The notes under the pieces were generated by a model. That model saw only the letters and a program-made list of their open reading frames with translations, was not told the DNA's origin and did not search any database. A DNA stretch of 32,000 bases from Candidatus Electronema aureum (GTDB lineage: Bacteria; Desulfobacterota; Desulfobulbia; Desulfobulbales; Desulfobulbaceae), in NCBI GenBank assembly GCA_004284765.1, contig NQJD01000006.1, positions 60,001 to 92,000 of the forward strand, read 5' to 3'. Made by a program: the position numbers and the translations under genes. Below are positions 25,400 through 32,000 of the stretch, piece after piece; the stretch's first letter is position 1; each line of letters begins with the position of its first letter.

Positions 25400-25531
25400 A
25401 ATCTGCCTCCATCGTAATGAAATTGCTGCTCCGGCTGAAATGCAGGACGCAGAAAGGTTCCGATTGTATTATTATACCCGTAGGAAGACGGGGCGCATAG
25501 TTCATTCTTTGAGACCACAGGAAGCGGCCTG

Positions 25532-26188
25532 ATGACAATCCTGATTGCAGCGGCAACAGACTTGGAAATGCAGGCTTTTGGCGCAGATAGAGACGCTGTC
25601 GCCTACGTCCTGCGACTGATCACCGGCATTGGGCCAATGGAAACCGCTTTGTCACTGACCTCCATGCTCCACCAGTACAGCGGACAGATCAGCGCGGTGG
25701 TCAATTTCGGTATTGCCGGAGCCTATCCTGACAGTCCAGCCCAGCTCTTAGATATCTGCATAGCTAAACAGGAAATTTTAGGCGATCTCGGCATCTGTCT
25801 GCCAGAACGGATCGAACGTTTTGCGGAACGGGGCTTGGCGGTCAGGGACAGCTTTATTTTAGATGATAGATTGCGCAAAGCAGCGGCACAGGCTCTGCGG
25901 CACATTGGAATTACCTTTCTGCAAGGGAATTTTGTGACCGTGAGCAGTTCAAGCGGCACGACGGAAAGAGCGCAGCAGATAGGCCGTCAATATCAGGGCT
26001 TGTGCGAAAACATGGAAGGCGCGGCAGTGGCTATGGTCTGCGAGGCTTTCCACCTGCCCTGCGTGGAGTTGCGTTGCATCAGCAATAGAGCTGGAGAACG
26101 GGATAGAAAAAACTGGCGACTGCGAGAAGCCTGTCTGCGGACTGGTCAAACAGCTGCTGCGGTGACAGAATTTCTCCTGACGGACTGA
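25532..26188 (+). CDS. mqnB: futalosine hydrolase (MqnB) / nucleoside phosphorylase-I family
   Basis: 218 aa. ITGIGPMETA, NFGIAGAY, CENMEGAAVA and SNRAGERD motifs of the MTA/SAH-nucleosidase fold. The short length and the futalosine genes elsewhere in the window favour MqnB over Pfs. Confidence 0.65.
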   Translation: MTILIAAATDLEMQAFGADRDAVAYVLRLITGIGPMETALSLTSMLHQYSGQISAVVNFGIAGAYPDSPAQLLDICIAKQEILGDLGICLPERIERFAERGLAVRDSFILDDRLRKAAAQALRHIGITFLQGNFVTVSSSSGTTERAQQIGRQYQGLCENMEGAAVAMVCEAFHLPCVELRCISNRAGERDRKNWRLREACLRTGQTAAAVTEFLLTD

Positions 26189-26231
26189 AGGATGCAGAAA
26201 ACATCCTTCAGCCTGCGGAGGATGTTTTCTG
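26189..26231. terminator. bidirectional hairpin between convergent mqnB and the lytic transglycosylase gene
   Basis: CAGAAAACATCCT (26195-26207) and AGGATGTTTTCTG (26219-26231) form a perfect 13-bp stem with an 11-nt loop. An alternative smaller stem, AAGGATG/CATCCTT (26189-26208), overlaps it. Confidence 0.6.
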
Positions 26232-26232
26232 T

Positions 26233-28296
26233 CTATCCGTTTTTGATCACCAACGTAACACCAGGTTGAAGTTCGCTGTTGTTCAACCGGTTCCAGTTTT
26301 TGATTTCTTTGGCAGAAACTTGGAGTTTTTTGGAGATGGACCAGAGCGAATCTCCGCTGCGTACTTTGTAATAGCTGACCGAGTCTTCAGCCTCAGCTTT
26401 TTGTTTTTTGCTGCCAGAAAGAGTGATGACCGCAGCTTCGGTTTTCGTGCTTTTCGGCGCAGCAGCAATCAGTTCCGCTCCGGGTTTCCGTTTTGTGCTG
26501 CCAGCAGTCAATTCAACAATACCTGCCGGAGCTGCAACCTCAGCCTCATCAACAACAGGAGCAGGTGCAGTTTCGGCGACAGAGGCCAGCTGAACCGTCT
26601 CTTGCGCAGCCGGATAAACAGTGAGCTGCTGTCCAGCCTTTACTTTACTCGCTTTAGCTATCTTATTCCATTTCATGAGCAGAGCTGTTGGCACGCCGTA
26701 TTTGTCGGCCACCTCAGACAGTGTTTCGCCTTTTTTCAGCTTATGCGTGACGAACTCCTGCGTTGCTGCTGCACTCTTTTGCTCTTCAGCAGCGGCAGGT
26801 GCTGTTGTGTTGTTTTTCGCCAGTGCAAGTTGCTCCGAACCAGAAGAGGCCGAAGGAACGCGCAGACTCTGTCCGGCTTTCAACTTTGAAGAACGGAGGT
26901 TGTTGACCTTGAGCAACGCGGTCAGACTGATGCCGTACTTCTTGCTAATCTGTTGCAGTGTCTCATTTTTGGCAACTTTATGAGATGTAAATTCTCCTGC
27001 AACAGATGCAAGCGCAACAGGTTTGGCAATCGCCACCGCCTGCGCCTTAGGCAAGTTAGCAGCTACCAGTGCGCTGCGACCCACAGGCACCTTGAGCAGC
27101 CAGCCGCGTTTCGTCTCAGGAACTTGATCTTGAAGCAGATCGTTATTCAAACTACGCAGCTGCTCAACGCTCACAGAGGCACTGGTGGCCACTGCCTGAA
27201 GCGGGGTGTTTGATGGTACGCGAACTAACTCATGCTGCATCGGCCTCATATGCCTGATGTTGCTAAAGCCGTATTGCTGAGGATTGCGAGCAATCAGCAC
27301 CGCCGCGATCATCTGGGGGACATAGCGCTTGGTTTCTAACCGCAGATGATCATGCTGGGCCAGTTCCCAAAAATTTTTAGCCTTATATTGTTTCAGCCCC
27401 CGCTCGACTGCGCCTTCGCCAGCATTGTAGGCAGCCACGGCTAAATGCCAGTCACCGAAGCGTTTATACAGAGCCTTGAGATACGCGGCAGCGGCTTTGG
27501 TTGATTTCTCTGGGTCGCGGCGTTCATCTGCCCAAGAATCAACCCGCAGGCCAAAATTACGGCCCGTGCCGGGAATGAACTGCCACAGCCCAGAAGCGTG
27601 GGAAGGTGAATAGGCCGAAGGGTTGAAGCCTGATTCGATCATGGCCAAGTAGGATAACTCCAGCGGCAGCCCGGCTTTTTCCAGCTCAACAGTAATGAAC
27701 GGCATGTACATGGAGGAACGCTCCATCCAACGGATGAAATTTTTCCGCTGCTTGCCTTGGAACAGATTGAGATAAAACTGTACCTGTTTGTTGACTAACA
27801 CCGGAAAATCGCAGGTGCCTCTTCGCCCAGTTGATGTACCCGGTGTGATAACAGCGAATTCTTCCGATTCTTCCGACTCAATTGCAATCGGCTCAGGAAC
27901 ATCGGCCTGCACTACAGGTACGGCCTCTTTTTTAACTGGGGCTGGAATGACCGGCTCCAGATTGCACTGAACTGTCTGGCCGTTTAAGTTGTCTGCTGTC
28001 CATTCGCCAGTTTTTTTTAGCTCTTCTAACTCTTCTTTCAGTTCTTCTTCAGACTCAACCAGCGTTGGCTCTGGCGTTTCCTGTAGGGCAGGCTGGGCTG
28101 CTGGCTGGGTCGCCTGCTGCCGCTCCTGCTGCTCAAAATAGCGTTCAACAATAAGTCTCAACTGTTCGGAATCATCATCAGTCTCTGCTTTTTGGTCATT
28201 ATACCCGCTGCTGGTACTCACCGGTGAGCAGCCCGCAGGGAGTGCTAACGGAACAAGCAGCATGATGTACGAAATGACTTTTTTTGTTTTCTTCAT
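26233..28296 (-). CDS. mltD: lipoprotein lytic murein transglycosylase with LysM repeats (MltD-like)
   Basis: 687 aa. Lipobox LPAGC. SLT catalytic region MIESGFNPSAYSPSHASGLWQFIPGTG. Three clear C-terminal LysM repeats (HKVAKNETLQQISKKYG, HKLKKGETLSEVADKYG, YKVRSGDSLWSISKKL) plus one degenerate repeat. Confidence 0.85.
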   Translation of the reverse strand: MKKTKKVISYIMLLVPLALPAGCSPVSTSSGYNDQKAETDDDSEQLRLIVERYFEQQERQQATQPAAQPALQETPEPTLVESEEELKEELEELKKTGEWTADNLNGQTVQCNLEPVIPAPVKKEAVPVVQADVPEPIAIESEESEEFAVITPGTSTGRRGTCDFPVLVNKQVQFYLNLFQGKQRKNFIRWMERSSMYMPFITVELEKAGLPLELSYLAMIESGFNPSAYSPSHASGLWQFIPGTGRNFGLRVDSWADERRDPEKSTKAAAAYLKALYKRFGDWHLAVAAYNAGEGAVERGLKQYKAKNFWELAQHDHLRLETKRYVPQMIAAVLIARNPQQYGFSNIRHMRPMQHELVRVPSNTPLQAVATSASVSVEQLRSLNNDLLQDQVPETKRGWLLKVPVGRSALVAANLPKAQAVAIAKPVALASVAGEFTSHKVAKNETLQQISKKYGISLTALLKVNNLRSSKLKAGQSLRVPSASSGSEQLALAKNNTTAPAAAEEQKSAAATQEFVTHKLKKGETLSEVADKYGVPTALLMKWNKIAKASKVKAGQQLTVYPAAQETVQLASVAETAPAPVVDEAEVAAPAGIVELTAGSTKRKPGAELIAAAPKSTKTEAAVITLSGSKKQKAEAEDSVSYYKVRSGDSLWSISKKLQVSAKEIKNWNRLNNSELQPGVTLVIKNG

Positions 28297-28651
28297 ATAA
28301 TAGAATTCCAGTTGTCAGATTAAGGATATCCTTCTGATTTACAGGTGCTTTTCCAGAGGATCATCTGGATGCAGTCCGCAAGGCAGCTGTCCATTCTTTG
28401 CTTTCTACCATAAAATGACGACATTTTACAAGGAAAAACATATTCTTGATCTTCTCGCTTCTCTTTACTGTCATTTTTAGTCATATTTTTGTCCGTATTT
28501 CAAGCTGTTTCGCTCTCAACGCTTTGTGCTATCCTGTTCTTCTATCGTTGATTCTGCTGGACAGTCTGAGCGTCAAAGAATATCATGACGGCATGTCAGC
28601 GGTCTTTCCGCAGTTTCGCCTTCCAATTCTTGATTTCTACTCCACGGCAAG

Positions 28652-31600
28652 ATGCGTGTGCGCGGTATTTGTTCCTGTTTTTTCAGGCTCTTTTTCTTTC
28701 TTGCAGTTCTTGGCCTGCTAACGGCGGCAGGAGCATTGGGCTGGGTGTATTGGTTGGTGATCAAAGTGCCTTGCCCGGAAATTGAACCTCATCGCATCGC
28801 CTCCATTCTTGGTAAAGAAAGCCCGGTTTATTACCGAGATGGACAAGAAAAAATAGGGGTTCTGTTCGAGGATATTCACCGCCAGTATCTGACCTACGAA
28901 CAACTGCCGAAAAATTTTGTCAAGGCCTTAGTTGCGGCGGAAGACGATCAGTTTTTCAACCATTACGGAATTGATCTCCCCGGTATTGCCAAAGCAATGC
29001 TGGTTAACTACCAAGCAGGCCGCATCATTCGTGGCGGCAGCACTCTTACTCAGCAGACGGCCAAGAATCTCTTTAAACGTCCTGACCGGAGCTATCAGGC
29101 CAAGCTGAAGGAGATGCTTTACGCTCTGCGCCTCGAACACCGCTATCCCAAAGAAAAGATTCTCGAATTCTACAGCAATCAGTTCTATGTCAGCGGCAAC
29201 GGCCACGGCTTAGGTGTCGCGGCTCGCTATTATTTCGACAAAGAACCAGCCGGACTGAATTTGACCGAAACCGCCTTCATCGCTGGCTCGGTCAAGCGGC
29301 CTAATTACTACAATCCCTTTATCAAAAAAGACAAGGCTGCGGCTACTGAAGCCCGCCGCAATGCCGAGGAACGGGTCGGCTATGTGCTGGGTAGAATGCT
29401 CAAGCTCGGCATGATCAACCAAGGAGAACATGATGCGGCCAAAAAGGCTGGGCTGAACTTCAAGCGAGGCCGCACCAGTTTTGACCTTAACACGGTCATG
29501 GACATGGTCAGAAATGGGTTAGCCTCCAAGGCTATGTCTGAGATGCTGGCCCAAAACGGAATCGACAACATCGTCACCTCTGGTGCAAAAATTATCACGA
29601 CCGTTGACCAAGCCTTGCAGACCGAAACCCTGTACAGTTTGCGCCGAGAGCTATCTCGTCTCGACGTGCAACTGCGCGGCTATAACCGGGACGAGGTACA
29701 GTTAGAATACAAAGACGCTGAGGGCGATAACAGCGAGGATGAGGACGAAATCAAAGAGAAATCCTTTGTCTTTGGCACGATCAAGGCAATAGACCTGAGT
29801 AAAGCAGAGCAGCCAACAGTCTCGGTCAGTTTCGGCCCTAAGCATCCTGGCGGTATGATTGACCGTCAAGGCTTGGAGCATATACTGACCGCTTTGGCCA
29901 AATATCGGCGGCAGCAATGGGCCAAGCCGGGGCAAAAAGACCTGAATGACTTGTTAGCACGGCTCAAGCCCGGCGACAAGGTGTATGTCAGCGTACGGGA
30001 AGCGGATATTTTTGACGGTGTGCTGGCCTTGGAGTTAGAGCGCTATCCCAAGCTGCAAGGCGCGGCCTTAGTGATGCAACAGGGTGCGGTGCGTGCTCTT
30101 GCAGGTGGGGTTGATAACCGCTTTTTCAACCGAGCAGCGGATGCAAAACGACTGATGGGTTCAACGATGAAGCCCTTTCTTTATGCCGCTGCGCTCCAGC
30201 TCGGCTGGAGTCCGCTCGATCATCTCGACAACCGCCGCCGGGTCTTTATCTTCCGTGATCAGGCCTATTTTCCCCGCCCGGATCACAAAAGCCCCTTTTC
30301 GCATGTCTCTATGAGTTGGGCCGGAGTCAAGTCAGAAAACGTGGCCTCAGTGTGGCTGCTGTATCACCTCACTGACAAACTCACGCCTGCCGGGTTGTTA
30401 GAAACAGCCGCCTCAGTTGATATGACTCCTCGGCCAGAAGAAACCTATCAGGATTTTAGCAGCCGGATGCAAACTGACTTCGGCCTGCGTATCTCCCCTG
30501 CTGATCTGGACTGTGCGGCATACGAGCAGGCAGTACGCAAGGCAGAGGCAGATTTCCAGTACGAAGGCCGTCAAGACGAGCTATCCCGCTGGAAAACCAT
30601 TGGCTGCGGGCAAACTTTCGGCAAATTCCGGACGCAGATATTTAGCTCGATGCAATCCAGTAAACTGAAGGCCGAGCAGAAAGCCGAATACCAAAAGCAG
30701 CTCGGCCTGCTCAGTAATAGTGGTCTCAGCTGGCCTGATTTACAACGTCGGCGGCAGCAGTTGGATAGATACCGCGAGCATCTTGCTCAGATAGACATGC
30801 CAGCAGTGCAGGTGCAGAGCTTTTTTCCGAATGCTGCGGCGGAGCTGCCGCAGCAACCCGCTGAAGATCGTTCTTTTGGTACCTTAGCTGAGGATACTGC
30901 GGGGCGATTGGTTTTCACCTTACGCAGCAGCCTACCAGAAAGCTGGCAGTTCGTGGATCCGTTTGAACTGCGTCGTCGTCTTTCCTCCATGTATTCAGCG
31001 GAACAGGAAACACTCTGGAACAACGTCCTGCTGGAAGGCAGGGTAAGTGCTGGCGGAACCGCCATCGTAGAGCGGCTGATTAGAGCAGAGCGAGCTACTA
31101 TGGCCCAGCAGCAGCCCTATTCTGTAGAAATGCTGGTCAGATTCAGGGACTACCGAATCATGCTCGGTCTTCAGTATCTCATCCGACTGGCTCGTGAGGC
31201 CGGAGTCGTTAGCAAGTTAGAACCAGTGCTGTCTTTCCCGCTTGGCTCTAACGTTATCTCGTTGATGGAGAGTGTCCGCATCTACGAGATGCTGGTGACA
31301 GGCAACCGCTACAATGCCCAACTGGTTGAAGATGCCGCAACCACCTCAGAAGAGGAGCTATCCGGTCAAGACGGTCTTGCTTTGATTGAGCGGATCGAGC
31401 AGCCTGATGGCAAAGTTATCTATGCTCGCCAGCCAGCAGTGAAGCCGGTGTTAGATCAAAAGAGCAGCAGTGAGGTGAGAAGCATCCTCCAGAACGTGGT
31501 GCGTTACGGCACCGGACATTCAGCCAAGGAGAATGTCCGACTGTCCAGCAGCAGAGAGGAGCAAGCCACTGACACGAAGAAAAGCCCTGCTCTCCCTCTG

Positions 31601-32000
31601 ATGGGCAAAACAGGCACGGCCAACGATTACCGCAATACCGCCTTCATCGGTTTTGTGCCAACAGGAACCGACATGGACGGCGAGGCCCTTCTCTCTTCCG
31701 CTGGATACACGGTGGGCGCGTATGTCGGCTTTGACAGTAATGAGTCGATGAAGCACGGTACGTTCCGGGTGAGCGGCGCATTAGGTGCCTTGCCGATCTG
31801 GAACAGGATTGCCGAAACACTGTACCGACTTGAAGGCGTTGCTGATCGACTTGACCCAGCAGCTCTTGCCCTTGATAGCATCAGCCTCCGATATCCAGAG
31901 ACCGGTCAGCTGTTTATGCCGGTGGATGATAAGGGCGGCGGCAGGATGCGGCGGGGCAAGGACGGCATTAAAACCGATATCGCGCCGGAAGAGCCTACCG
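28652..32000 (+). CDS. class A penicillin-binding protein (GT51 transglycosylase + transpeptidase), 3-prime partial
   Basis: The open frame from ATG 28652 runs off the window, which is presumably why it is absent from the ORF track. TM helix FRLFFFLAVLGLLTAAGALGWVYWLVI. GT51 motifs EDDQFFNHYGID, GGSTLTQQ, KEKILEFYSN. Transpeptidase motifs STMK (about 30161), SEN (30332) and KTG (31607). Confidence 0.85.
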   Translation, partial: MRVRGICSCFFRLFFFLAVLGLLTAAGALGWVYWLVIKVPCPEIEPHRIASILGKESPVYYRDGQEKIGVLFEDIHRQYLTYEQLPKNFVKALVAAEDDQFFNHYGIDLPGIAKAMLVNYQAGRIIRGGSTLTQQTAKNLFKRPDRSYQAKLKEMLYALRLEHRYPKEKILEFYSNQFYVSGNGHGLGVAARYYFDKEPAGLNLTETAFIAGSVKRPNYYNPFIKKDKAAATEARRNAEERVGYVLGRMLKLGMINQGEHDAAKKAGLNFKRGRTSFDLNTVMDMVRNGLASKAMSEMLAQNGIDNIVTSGAKIITTVDQALQTETLYSLRRELSRLDVQLRGYNRDEVQLEYKDAEGDNSEDEDEIKEKSFVFGTIKAIDLSKAEQPTVSVSFGPKHPGGMIDRQGLEHILTALAKYRRQQWAKPGQKDLNDLLARLKPGDKVYVSVREADIFDGVLALELERYPKLQGAALVMQQGAVRALAGGVDNRFFNRAADAKRLMGSTMKPFLYAAALQLGWSPLDHLDNRRRVFIFRDQAYFPRPDHKSPFSHVSMSWAGVKSENVASVWLLYHLTDKLTPAGLLETAASVDMTPRPEETYQDFSSRMQTDFGLRISPADLDCAAYEQAVRKAEADFQYEGRQDELSRWKTIGCGQTFGKFRTQIFSSMQSSKLKAEQKAEYQKQLGLLSNSGLSWPDLQRRRQQLDRYREHLAQIDMPAVQVQSFFPNAAAELPQQPAEDRSFGTLAEDTAGRLVFTLRSSLPESWQFVDPFELRRRLSSMYSAEQETLWNNVLLEGRVSAGGTAIVERLIRAERATMAQQQPYSVEMLVRFRDYRIMLGLQYLIRLAREAGVVSKLEPVLSFPLGSNVISLMESVRIYEMLVTGNRYNAQLVEDAATTSEEELSGQDGLALIERIEQPDGKVIYARQPAVKPVLDQKSSSEVRSILQNVVRYGTGHSAKENVRLSSSREEQATDTKKSPALPLMGKTGTANDYRNTAFIGFVPTGTDMDGEALLSSAGYTVGAYVGFDSNESMKHGTFRVSGALGALPIWNRIAETLYRLEGVADRLDPAALALDSISLRYPETGQLFMPVDDKGGGRMRRGKDGIKTDIAPEEPT

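Noticed and set aside
28446-28721. 91-aa plus-strand ORF in the mltD/PBP divergent spacer.
   Set aside because: It overlaps the better-supported PBP start (28652) out of frame. It is TTG-initiated in the track, Phe/Ser/Leu-rich as expected from T-rich spacer DNA, and has no Shine-Dalgarno.

Overview
Chromosomal window of roughly 55% GC (my estimate). The gene content (futalosine-pathway menaquinone genes, dcw genes, QueA, PilZ) tentatively suggests a Desulfobacterota/deltaproteobacterium-like anaerobe.

Layout:
1. 29-3349: a tightly coupled mqnA-ubiE-ubiX operon plus a UROD/MetE-like ORF.
2. 3350-7190: an accessory island.
   - An Eco29kI-family GIY-YIG endonuclease plus C5-cytosine methyltransferase cassette, bracketed by 94-140 bp imperfect direct repeats.
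   - An AT-rich stretch with a ~200-bp palindromic MITE-like element and an orphan 149-aa ORF.
   - A strictly phased array of 13 x 21-bp repeats carrying GGAAT/ATTCC half-sites.
   - A small FN3-domain gene ending 3 nt before murD.
3. 7192-15567: a shortened dcw cluster, murD-murG-murC-murB-ftsQ-ftsA-ftsZ, with no ftsW and no ddl.
4. 15598-23961: housekeeping genes, namely a B12-type radical SAM, an EndoIII-like protein, pfk, rpe, a lone sdhC-like cytochrome b, bioA, a PilZ protein and queA.
5. 24032-32000: envelope genes, namely a secreted protein with two Ig-like repeats, mqnB, a LysM lytic transglycosylase, and a very long class A PBP running off the window.

The least explained signals are the 21-bp phased array and the composite island around it. 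By eye I also found no CCGCGG anywhere in the window; this is the site of the Eco29kI family.

I recognised no rRNA, tRNA, CRISPR, transposase or integrase. All family calls come from motif recognition by eye; no searches were run.
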